Shown here one piece after another: positions 28,292 through 36,237 of a DNA stretch of 64,000 bases. Made by a program: the position numbers and the translations under genes. Each line of letters starts with the position of its first letter. The stretch's first letter is position 1. Under the pieces are notes generated by a model. It was not told the origin of the DNA, did not search any database, and saw only the letters and a program-made list of their open reading frames with translations. The stretch comes from a virus, in IMG/VR virus record IMGVR_UViG_3300034417_000033, positions 1 through 64,000 of that record. One strand, 5' to 3'.

Positions 28292-29128
28292 TTACGGTTG
28301 GATGTCAATGCCGTTAACTGACACTTCGCCGCTTGCGCCGGCCAATGCACCTGCACCAGCTAAGCCACCGTTAATCACACCGCCGAACGCGCCAGTGTGG
28401 CCGGCTGGGATAGTGTTAACTTGTGTGCTGTTGCTGTAAGCTAGGGCCGAAGTACCTGCTACGCTGGTATCGGAAGTAGTAACAGTGCTGGTTGGACCAA
28501 CTGCAAATCCAAACAACGTGCCTTGTGTGGTAGTTGTTTTGGTTTCTTTGTCGGCAGATGCCGCTGCGTCGAAGCCGGATTCGTTTGTTCCAAGAACATA
28601 TCGACCTTGGTTTGTACCAGCAATAACAAGTGAGCCTGCGCCGGAAACTGAACCACCAGCTACTACGCCGCCAACATCATCATTGCCGATGATCGCGCCT
28701 ACGCCGCTAGCTTGTGCTACGCCCAAACCACCTGCCGCTGCGCCGCCGAAGCCAGAACCAGTCGAAGTATTAACTGCGATAGTTTCAGTGCTAGTTGCAG
28801 TGTTGCCAGAAACATGTACGTCAGTGTCAACAGTGTTAGTACGGTCAGTAGTACGCAGTCCAATTGGCCCAAAGATCGGAGTATTGGTTACGTCGGTGAT
28901 TGCCGAGGTTTTGTCGTATTTTGCATCAGCTGCTACATCAACATGTGCTGCGGTGATGTTTGCACCATACGATGTGCTAGTGCCATTGCCTGCCGATGCC
29001 GCGAGTGCTGCGCTGCCGCTAATTGCGGAGTCAGTACCCGATGCCGTTGCAACTGCAACGCCTGCTGCCATTGCGCCAGTTGAAAACATTGCTGCTGCAA
29101 TTGCAGCGGATAAAAGAACTTTTTTCAT
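28292..29128 (-). CDS. Secreted Gly/Ala/Ser/Thr-rich two-repeat protein (putative fibre subunit)
   Basis: Signal peptide MKKVLL...AMA; no Cys; internal duplication. Confidence 0.8.
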   Translation of the reverse strand: MKKVLLSAAIAAAMFSTGAMAAGVAVATASGTDSAISGSAALAASAGNGTSTSYGANITAAHVDVAADAKYDKTSAITDVTNTPIFGPIGLRTTDRTNTVDTDVHVSGNTATSTETIAVNTSTGSGFGGAAAGGLGVAQASGVGAIIGNDDVGGVVAGGSVSGAGSLVIAGTNQGRYVLGTNESGFDAAASADKETKTTTTQGTLFGFAVGPTSTVTTSDTSVAGTSALAYSNSTQVNTIPAGHTGAFGGVINGGLAGAGALAGASGEVSVNGIDIQP

Positions 29129-29238
29129 TTATTTAAATCTCCAAAATTTTTGGGTTGTGTTGAGAGCCTTGTAAACCATTTCACAAGAATCCATTTCTGC
29201 TTTGGTTTCCTTACTACTACATTTAAATTGATCGCCTA

Positions 29239-29356
29239 AAGCTACAATTTACATAACAAAGTATACACTACATCATACACGCTGTCAACCACTGTTTTGT
29301 TACTTGAAGCTACAATTTACAAAAGACATAATACAGTATTTCTACGTACATGTCAA
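29239..29356 (-). promoter_or_regulatory. Tandem duplicated sigma70 promoters (68-bp period) with a 15-bp direct repeat
   Basis: TTGACA-17-TATTAT (29356-29328) and TTGACA-17-TATACT (29288-29260); AAGCTACAATTTACA at 29239 and 29307. Confidence 0.8.
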
Positions 29357-29366
29357 CATCTTTTTA

Positions 29367-29792
29367 CTATTTTTTTATACAAATGTCCGGAAAATCTGCT
29401 TTTTCACCTATTTCCAGAAATTTAACGGATGATACATAGCCACTTGGAGGAACTAAAAGGACAAACTCCTTAAATTCCCACGGTTTTTGTGCAAAGGTAC
29501 CCACGTATGTTGTTTCATATGGTCCCAATGCAACAAAATCGTCATAAGTTCTGTTTTCTAAGTCCACCAATCTCCATTGTGGTTGAACACACCAGGATAA
29601 TGGACTGTAGTTCACATACCTAACATCATACTGTTGTAACGTAATTCCATTTACGACAACTTCTGATTCTCTAACTTGTATTTCTACTTTATGTTCTTCA
29701 CTTACTATTTGCCAACCACCGTCGCGGTAGGTTCTTGTCGATGCGCATCCTGCTATTAATACAACTGACATAACCAAAGAGAATAATCTCAT
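29367..29792 (-). CDS. Lipoprotein
   Basis: Lipobox IAGC. Confidence 0.7.
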   Translation of the reverse strand: MRLFSLVMSVVLIAGCASTRTYRDGGWQIVSEEHKVEIQVRESEVVVNGITLQQYDVRYVNYSPLSWCVQPQWRLVDLENRTYDDFVALGPYETTYVGTFAQKPWEFKEFVLLVPPSGYVSSVKFLEIGEKADFPDICIKK

Positions 29793-30325
29793 TGATTTTC
29801 CGCCGTATCGTAAGGGACAATATACAGCGGCGTTCCATTAGGAAGGTTCAGCATATAGTCATAAAAGAATTTTGTTGGTACGTTTATGCAGCCATTAGTG
29901 ATGTTGTTATCATCAGGAGTTGGGCTGTCTAATCTTTCTTGGCGTTTTTGTTCTGGGTAGCCTAGCCATACAGGGTGCATAGCTAGTAAGGTTTTGTTTC
30001 CTTCTACAAACGCAATTACAGGTTCCTTTAATGTAGCACTGTAATAATGCTTTGTATTGAACACGCCGGCTGGTGTTACATATCCTGCTACACCATCGGG
30101 CAAAGAATCTATATCTATTGTATCTAGTTTCTTTTTGCCGTAAAGAGCAGGAGCGGTATACTCTTTGTCGTCAATAATAACTGACAGAGTTCCGTTAGGT
30201 TTGTCTGCAATAATTTTACTATCAGCGTGTGACATTTCTGCCACACACATTAATAAACTACTTGCAAACAGTTGTATGATAATACTGTTGCGAGTAAAGT
30301 GGATCGTTCGAGTCATGTGTATCAC
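29789..30325 (-). CDS. Exported L,D-transpeptidase-like protein
   Basis: APALYG, TPAGVF, LAMHPVW, RL.SPTP.DN.ITNGCINVP. Confidence 0.8.
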   Translation of the reverse strand: MIHMTRTIHFTRNSIIIQLFASSLLMCVAEMSHADSKIIADKPNGTLSVIIDDKEYTAPALYGKKKLDTIDIDSLPDGVAGYVTPAGVFNTKHYYSATLKEPVIAFVEGNKTLLAMHPVWLGYPEQKRQERLDSPTPDDNNITNGCINVPTKFFYDYMLNLPNGTPLYIVPYDTAENQ

Positions 30326-30569
30326 CTGACCTAAAAGTAAAAAGTTTGCTGTGCGGCATAATTTTACAAGCTAACTTGGTTCGTATGTCATCCATTTTAT
30401 CAGAAGCACGATCTTTATATTCGTAAATCTTCTCTTTTATTTCACCAGAATGATCATGTTCGCCAGGTAAGTAATCGTCGTCATCAGCATACGAAAATCC
30501 AGTAAGAACGATAGCACCTATCAAAACAACAGCTTTGTATATGTGTGTATTATTCATTTGTATCTCCAT
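30258..30569 (-). CDS. Small secreted protein
   Basis: Signal peptide ending SYA|DDDD. Confidence 0.6.
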   Translation of the reverse strand: MEIQMNNTHIYKAVVLIGAIVLTGFSYADDDDYLPGEHDHSGEIKEKIYEYKDRASDKMDDIRTKLACKIMPHSKLFTFRSGDTHDSNDPLYSQQYYHTTVCK

Positions 30570-30595
30570 AGTGAAAGGTCTTTCGACCTTTCACT
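30570..30595. promoter_or_regulatory. Perfect 11-bp hairpin with GAAA tetraloop on the minus strand
   Basis: AGTGAAAGGTC-TTTC-GACCTTTCACT. Confidence 0.65.
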
Positions 30596-30603
30596 GTTAC
30601 AGA

Positions 30604-30822
30604 TTAACCATTAACTGGTTTCGGCGTAGTTGGTGCTTCATGTGGTGCTGGAACTGGTTTAACCATCTCAACACGATCACACTTAATTAAGCCCATTTTT
30701 TCTTCAAGACGTAAAATACCATATCTTGCAGTAAAAATAACTAAAAGTACCATTACAAAAAAACGCCAGTGACTACCTAAAAAATAAAAAAATTTCATAA
30801 ATCCTCCGTGCAAGAATATCAA
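30604..30822 (-). CDS. Small single-TM protein with Pro-rich tail
   Basis: Hydrophobic segment; tail PTTPKPVNG echoes TTSKPIGG of the upstream gene. Confidence 0.6.
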   Translation of the reverse strand: MIFLHGGFMKFFYFLGSHWRFFVMVLLVIFTARYGILRLEEKMGLIKCDRVEMVKPVPAPHEAPTTPKPVNG

Positions 30823-30841
30823 TCATATTCTTGCTGTTTAA

Positions 30842-31555
30842 TTAACCGCCTATTGGTTTCGATGTTGTCGGAGTTGGCACAGGAACTGCAACTGGTGGAA
30901 GTGTAACTGCGATTCCACATGCAATTTTTTCTGCGTCAGATCCGGCGGTTGCTACCGCTTCCATAATCGACTTTTTGTCTTTGCATAAGTAAGACAATGC
31001 AACATTTTGGTGACCTGCGCTGTGTAAGAAACGAGCGTCCTTACGAACTACGCAGTCGTGGTCTTTCCATGTTGTACCGAAGCTTAAACCGAAGGTAACT
31101 CCTTGTCCGCCAGCCGTAGTGGAACCCATACATGTATCTTCCGATGCTGTAAGGTTCGGTGCAAATGCTGTGTTAACAGGAATTCTTGCTTCTTTTTCTA
31201 TGTGTACGCTATTATCAGTTTCGCCTTCAACGTATAGCGACGCTTTGCTTTCGTTATCGTTCTTGCTGCTATTGCTTTGGTGTTGGTAAGCATCGCCGCC
31301 TTTTCCGCCTTTACCACCATCTGCATATGCAGAGGAGTAAGAATCGGAATTGCCGCTGTTCTTCACCTCTCCACCCCTTGCGGATGAATAAGAGTCAGAG
31401 CTAGTGATGCCAACGTTAGTGTTAGAACTTCTAACATCAACATCAGATATCGCTGCTTGACCTTGAGCTTGACCTTGTACTTGGTCTGGCCCAAATGCGA
31501 ATGCAGAAGATGTAACCATCACTGCGAGACCCGCAGCGAAAATTATATTTTTCAT
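30842..31555 (-). CDS. Secreted low-complexity protein with DTCMGS...GTTW.D..C domain
   Basis: Signal peptide; QGQAQGQ and S/G/N-rich repeats (SDSYSSA x2); paralogue of 27746. Confidence 0.8.
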   Translation of the reverse strand: MKNIIFAAGLAVMVTSSAFAFGPDQVQGQAQGQAAISDVDVRSSNTNVGITSSDSYSSARGGEVKNSGNSDSYSSAYADGGKGGKGGDAYQHQSNSSKNDNESKASLYVEGETDNSVHIEKEARIPVNTAFAPNLTASEDTCMGSTTAGGQGVTFGLSFGTTWKDHDCVVRKDARFLHSAGHQNVALSYLCKDKKSIMEAVATAGSDAEKIACGIAVTLPPVAVPVPTPTTSKPIGG

Positions 31556-31717
31556 ATTGTATATCTCCATGTTACTGTTTACAGGAAATCCGTGTGGTTT
31601 TTTACAAGGATTTCTCGGGTAAAACCAGTTCTCGGGCTGGCTTCACCAATGGTATTTAGCGAATTTAGACTAAAGTACCCTAATATACCGGAGATATACG
31701 TCAGAAAATGGAGGGTT

Positions 31718-31957
31718 TTAGAACTCTTGACGCAGTGCCGAGTCACGTCTGCGTTGCTGTTCTACTTTAACAGCAATTTTAGAAGCTCGGGTTTTCTTAA
31801 CAGATGGCTTTTCATAAAAGTCACGCTCTCTGAGATCCTTAAGGATACCAGACGTTTGAACTTTCTTAGTGAAGATTTTGAAAGCACGGTCGAAGTTGTC
31901 GTTTTTAACTTCTACAGTGATGCCGTAGGTCTGTTTGTAACTATTGTATCTTTTCAT
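31718..31957 (-). CDS. rpsU: 30S ribosomal protein bS21
   Basis: V.VKNDNFDRAFKIF.KKV...GIL.DLRER.FYEKPS.K. Confidence 0.9.
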   Translation of the reverse strand: MKRYNSYKQTYGITVEVKNDNFDRAFKIFTKKVQTSGILKDLRERDFYEKPSVKKTRASKIAVKVEQQRRRDSALRQEF

Positions 31958-33180
31958 ATGTCTGCCTTTTGGGGTTGTGGTTGTTTTTCCGTAGTATATA
32001 CTGCTGTGCCGTTTTTGTCAATAAAAATATTAATCACGCCTTCCTTTCTTAATCGCGGTAAAACAAACTGCACCTTACCTAACGACTTTTCCATCAACGT
32101 GCGCAATCCTCTTGCACCTGTTTTATTCTTGATGCTTTTTACTGCAACATCACGAACAAAATCTTTATCAAACTCTAATTCAACATCGTCAATTTTAAAC
32201 AGAACTTTATATTGATCAATTAAGTTATTTTTAGGTTCAGTCAATACACGAACCATCATATCTTCATCAAGTGCTTGGAAAGTAACAGTAACAGGGAAGC
32301 GGCCAATAAACTCTCTAATGAAACCATATTGGTGCAAATCTTCCGACTCTACTAAATTTAAAACACTTTCCTTTTTATCTCTTGCTTCAACTTTAGCAGA
32401 GAAGCCAATGCTTGTGCCTAAAGACAACCGCTTGCGTATAATTTCTTCGAGGCCAACAAACGCTCCACCAACAATAAACAAAACATCTTTTGTATTAAAG
32501 TCGATTGTTTCTTCTCTGTGACTGCCTGGCTTTTGTATCTGAACTTTATCGCCATCTACTGCACGAAGCAATGCTTGCTGTACACCTTCACCGGAAACAT
32601 CTTTGGCGCCTACGCCATCTACCTTTTTTGTCTTCTTATCGATCTCATCAATAAACACAATACCTTTCTGTGCTTTATTGATATCGTTGCCTGCTACTTT
32701 CAGCAGTCTTTCAAAAATGGATTCGATGTTGCCACCTACATAACCTGCTTCAGTTAATGTAGTTGCATCAGCAGTAACAAATGGGATATCTAACAGTTTA
32801 GCAATTGTGGAAGCAACTAATGTTTTTCCACAGCCGGATGGACCCATCATCATTACGTTTGCTTTTTGTAATTCAGTTTCGTCCACTACTGGATTAGAAA
32901 TTCTCTTGTAGTGATTATACAGTGCAACCGCAAGTGTTTCTTTTGCATCGTCCTGGCCAACAACATATGTGTCGAGATATTCTTTTATTTCTTCTGGAGT
33001 TTTACGGACTGCAACGACAGTGTCGTCTACAGTTGTTGCATTCCCTGCAATCAGGCCGAAACTCAGCGTAATACACTCGTCGCATATGTACGGAGTGTCA
33101 GCTCCTTTGTCAGGACCTTCGATTAATTTTTTTACGCTGCTTCTACTTTTGTTGCAAAAGGAACATTTTAAATCTGACAT
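31954..33180 (-). CDS. clpX: ATP-dependent Clp protease ATP-binding subunit
   Basis: CSFC..CDEC zinc domain, GPSGCGKT, TTLTEAGYVG, DVSGEGVQQALL, IGF loop, TGARGLR. Confidence 0.97.
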   Translation of the reverse strand: MSDLKCSFCNKSRSSVKKLIEGPDKGADTPYICDECITLSFGLIAGNATTVDDTVVAVRKTPEEIKEYLDTYVVGQDDAKETLAVALYNHYKRISNPVVDETELQKANVMMMGPSGCGKTLVASTIAKLLDIPFVTADATTLTEAGYVGGNIESIFERLLKVAGNDINKAQKGIVFIDEIDKKTKKVDGVGAKDVSGEGVQQALLRAVDGDKVQIQKPGSHREETIDFNTKDVLFIVGGAFVGLEEIIRKRLSLGTSIGFSAKVEARDKKESVLNLVESEDLHQYGFIREFIGRFPVTVTFQALDEDMMVRVLTEPKNNLIDQYKVLFKIDDVELEFDKDFVRDVAVKSIKNKTGARGLRTLMEKSLGKVQFVLPRLRKEGVINIFIDKNGTAVYTTEKQPQPQKADI

Positions 33181-33203
33181 TTACTATCCTCTTATTGTAG
33201 TTA

Positions 33204-33232
33204 ACAATAACATCAAAGGCTGTTTGTGTCAA
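33204..33232 (-). promoter_or_regulatory. Sigma70-type promoter for clpX-rpsU
   Basis: TTGACA-17bp-TATTGT. Confidence 0.65.
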
Positions 33233-33240
33233 TGACGGTA

Positions 33241-34326
33241 TTATCTGTTTTTTGGACTGGTCCACAACTCAGCGTGGTGCTGGTTTGTGGATTCTGTAAC
33301 GTTGGGGGCATCTTTGACAAGATTACTTTCTTCATTGCCTTGATGAACAGGTGCTGTCGTTCGGTCAGGCGTGCTTTCTTTTGTCTTAGATTTTCTCTTC
33401 GGTATCCGGGGAGGTTTTCCATCCACGACGGGAACATGCTTGGTGTCAGGAAGGTTATTAGCATTCTTGTTGCGTTCATTTTTCTGGTGACTTTTTTTGG
33501 TGTTGCCAACAGGTTTGCTGTCTCTAGGTAGTGTTTTACTCCTACCACGTACGACTGGCGGCCCCATCGGATTCTCTTTTTTCTCACGGTTCATCCTTTG
33601 TGTGTGATTAGCTGCAATTAACAACAATATTGCAAGTGGATCAAACACTAGCACAATAATCAATATTAAAATACGAACTGCTTTATCTAACTCTTTTTCG
33701 GAGTCGCCATAAAGCATCTGTGCCAAATATTTGATTGGCCCAATTTCCATTTCTACTTTTTTTAACTCTGACGACAATTTCGATCTTTGTTCTACATAAA
33801 CATCAATATTCTTTTGTGCATCTGTTATTGTGTTACTTAGTTCTTTTCGCTCTGTCTTCTGTCCGTTACGTAAAGAAATAGACCCATTCTTTCCTCGGAT
33901 CCTTTCTGCCGCAACAAGGCCATCAACCTGCTTGTCTAACTGGCCAATTACGTTCTGTGCATCAGCAATGTCTCTTTTTTCACTTGCAATCTTATCGTCT
34001 AAGACTTGTATTTGATCAGCGTTGTTTGCAACAGGTGCGCCCTGTTCCAAATGTGCTTTAGAAAGATACCCGAAGATTCCCATACTTGTCAAAAGTATAA
34101 GAACCCCAGTGATTATAAACAGCGGTATTTTTAAAGTTCTAGGTGCATCATTCCAATGCCGGTATAGCCAACTTGCACAAACAAGTTTACCAAGTTCTAA
34201 CGCAGAGCTAAAGCTCATTGCTGCAATTGGGGCGCCAGCAAATACTGCTGCCATACCCGTAACGGAGAACCATCCCGATATGCACGAAATTAATAAAGCT
34301 GACAAGTATACAATAAATAAGAACAT
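33241..34326 (-). CDS. Membrane protein with long coiled coil (conserved in T4-like phages)
   Basis: LELGKLV.ASWL, TSMGIFGYLSKAH, EIGPIKY, VFDPLAILLLIAAN. Confidence 0.8.
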   Translation of the reverse strand: MFLFIVYLSALLISCISGWFSVTGMAAVFAGAPIAAMSFSSALELGKLVCASWLYRHWNDAPRTLKIPLFIITGVLILLTSMGIFGYLSKAHLEQGAPVANNADQIQVLDDKIASEKRDIADAQNVIGQLDKQVDGLVAAERIRGKNGSISLRNGQKTERKELSNTITDAQKNIDVYVEQRSKLSSELKKVEMEIGPIKYLAQMLYGDSEKELDKAVRILILIIVLVFDPLAILLLIAANHTQRMNREKKENPMGPPVVRGRSKTLPRDSKPVGNTKKSHQKNERNKNANNLPDTKHVPVVDGKPPRIPKRKSKTKESTPDRTTAPVHQGNEESNLVKDAPNVTESTNQHHAELWTSPKNR

Positions 34327-34331
34327 ATAGT

Positions 34332-34339
34332 TATTTATC
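34332..34339 (-). promoter_or_regulatory. Late-like promoter GATAAATA (leaderless)
   Basis: 5 nt before the ATG at 34326. Confidence 0.6.
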
Positions 34340-34342
34340 TGC

Positions 34343-34579
34343 TTATCGGCTATCGTCTTGAAACGCCTCGCCAGCTAATACTGCTGCACATGCTTCTACT
34401 TTTGAAATCTTGAAAAACTTGATACCTTCTACTGCAACAATAACAGTTACACCTGGCAATTTCTCTCTTGTGGTGTCATATATCTTTCGCATTTGAGACT
34501 GGCTGACATTAGGCACTGTAATAACTAATGCTTCATTAGGACCGATGGATAATGTTTCTATACTTTTAATGTCTATCAT
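34343..34579 (-). CDS. Hypothetical protein
   Basis: ORF in operon. Confidence 0.6.
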   Translation of the reverse strand: MIDIKSIETLSIGPNEALVITVPNVSQSQMRKIYDTTREKLPGVTVIVAVEGIKFFKISKVEACAAVLAGEAFQDDSR

Positions 34580-34776
34580 TTGCTAAAATCGAACTCCCAT
34601 AGGTCGCCACGTAGTAGTAACAGTAGTTTATCTTCTGGCGAAGGTTCTGGTGCCACTGTTATTTTTGGACCGTGGCCTTCTTTAAAAATTATGAAAAAGT
34701 TATTGGCAAATAACTCTCCCCTGAATATGTTTCTCAAATCACGTTTATGTTCTGTGTCAGCAAAATAATATTTCAT
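34576..34776 (-). CDS. Small protein ending SPEDKLLLLLRG
   Basis: Shares SPE(D/E)..LL with the neighbour. Confidence 0.6.
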   Translation of the reverse strand: MKYYFADTEHKRDLRNIFRGELFANNFFIIFKEGHGPKITVAPEPSPEDKLLLLLRGDLWEFDFSK

Positions 34777-35000
34777 AATTTAAAATTCGACTGGTATTGA
34801 TTGTTGAACTTTAGTAACATTTCTTCTTCAGGAGAAAGCTCATCTTCAACGACGATTGTGTTAACATCAACATACACATCATAAATCGCAATCCACCAAC
34901 GCTTGTGATTCATCTCAAGATAATTAAAGACTTCACCTACAGCAGTGCCAGGGTTTACTCTGATTATGTTGATGCTACGCTTATTCAAACTCTTTATCAC
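34773..35000 (-). CDS. Small protein ending SPEEEMLLKF
   Basis: ORF in operon. Confidence 0.6.
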   Translation of the reverse strand: MIKSLNKRSINIIRVNPGTAVGEVFNYLEMNHKRWWIAIYDVYVDVNTIVVEDELSPEEEMLLKFNNQYQSNFKL

Positions 35001-35457
35001 TCCTGTGACCTACACGTTTTGCCATATTTGCATCAGTTTCACGGACTTCAACTTTGCAGCACCAAACACGTTCTGCTTCGCCTGATCCAAACGATGGAAG
35101 GAAAATAGTATTAACATATTCATAAATGAAGTCTGCAATACCTTCACAACCTGTTTTCTCAACTTCAGTAATCTTTGCAAGACCAATTTTACCAAGGTGC
35201 AATAAATCTTCACGCTTAGGATCATCTTGTGCTACTAACAGAGTATGATCAAACCAATCTTCAAGCAAGCCTTTTAATGGCTTAAGACTGCCGAAATCCA
35301 CCACCCAGTTCCGTGCATCAAGCGTATCACTTTCAAACTCTATGTGAAACGACAATGCGTAACCGTGGATCAGATTGCAATGCGAATCTGCTCTCCACTG
35401 TCTGTATGCTACAGGACCAAGTTGCTTATACGTCTTGGTGGAAATATATTTCGCCAT
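34981..35457 (-). CDS. queD: 6-carboxytetrahydropterin synthase (QueD/PTPS family)
   Basis: YRQWRADSHCNLIHGY, NWVVDFG.LK..K..LE..FDH, VEVRET. Confidence 0.9.
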   Translation of the reverse strand: MAKYISTKTYKQLGPVAYRQWRADSHCNLIHGYALSFHIEFESDTLDARNWVVDFGSLKPLKGLLEDWFDHTLLVAQDDPKREDLLHLGKIGLAKITEVEKTGCEGIADFIYEYVNTIFLPSFGSGEAERVWCCKVEVRETDANMAKRVGHRSDKEFE

Positions 35458-36170
35458 TACGAACCTAACCTTGCGATGGACATAAACTCTGCTTTTGTGG
35501 AAGCATCGTCTTTGAAAGCGCCGCTAATTCTGCTTGTTACAGTTCTGGAGTTAACGTCTTGTACGCCACGCGATTTAACACAGAAGTGTTGTGCATCAAC
35601 AAGAACTGCCACGTTATCTGTTTCAAGGATAAAGCAAAGTGCAGCATGAATCTGCATAGTTAAGCGTTCTTGTACTTGTGGGCGTTTTGCAAAGTATTCT
35701 ACAATCCGATTCAGTTTGGACAATCCCAATACTTTCTTATTTGGAATATACGCAACTGTTGCATAACCATCAATAGTGATTAAGTGATGCTCGCACGATG
35801 ATTGAACGTTTACATTACGCTCAACAATCATTTCGTCAGAGTTGAATTTGTTTTCAATTGCAGTACATTTTGGGAACGTCTCGGCATCTAAGCCATAGAA
35901 GATTTCCGAAACATACATCTTAGCAACACGGGTTGGGGTGTCGATTAAACTGTCGTCAGTTAAATCCATACCTAGTGTTTCTAAAATTTCTTTTACATTT
36001 CTTTCAATAATGTCAATTTTTTCCTTAACGGTGTAGGCTCTATATTCGCCAACTGTGCCGCTGATTGGAACTTGATCGTTATTGAGTGGTGTTTCTAATC
36101 CAAGTTCAATTAAATGTTGTCTAACTCTTGCACCTAATTCTGGATCGCACTTACGTTTATCTAAAGACAT
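35457..36170 (-). CDS. folE: GTP cyclohydrolase I
   Basis: DSL.DTP.RVAKMY, CEHH, GLSKLNR, RPQVQERLT, HFCVKSRGV. Confidence 0.96.
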   Translation of the reverse strand: MSLDKRKCDPELGARVRQHLIELGLETPLNNDQVPISGTVGEYRAYTVKEKIDIIERNVKEILETLGMDLTDDSLIDTPTRVAKMYVSEIFYGLDAETFPKCTAIENKFNSDEMIVERNVNVQSSCEHHLITIDGYATVAYIPNKKVLGLSKLNRIVEYFAKRPQVQERLTMQIHAALCFILETDNVAVLVDAQHFCVKSRGVQDVNSRTVTSRISGAFKDDASTKAEFMSIARLGS

Positions 36171-36171
36171 G

Positions 36172-36237
36172 ACTACCTCCCGTAGTTGTTATTTTTATGG
36201 GGCGTATACGCCGCTTGCGTATACATGTTTATTTATC
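36172..36237 (-). promoter_or_regulatory. folE leader: GATAAATA promoter, 8-bp hairpin and hairpin around the SD
   Basis: GATAAATA 36237-36230; GTATACGC/GCGTATAC 36204-36224; ACTAC-GGGAG-GTAGT 36172-36186. Confidence 0.55.

Noticed and set aside
7391-33180. Bacterial chromosome origin suggested by clpP, clpX, ftsH, rpsU and prkA
   Set aside because: These genes are scattered among small phage ORFs, lack bacterial synteny (no tig-clpP-clpX-lon, no rpsU-dnaG-rpoD), and share phage promoters with T4-like core genes.
33213-33587. Alternative-frame minus ORF overlapping the tail of 33241..34326 (possible frameshift)
   Set aside because: No slippery site or motif identified; it is most simply an open frame within a low-complexity tail.
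36172-36237. preQ1 riboswitch upstream of folE-queD
   Set aside because: A hairpin and A-rich tract are present, but the loop lacks the class I preQ1 consensus. An Rfam search would settle it.
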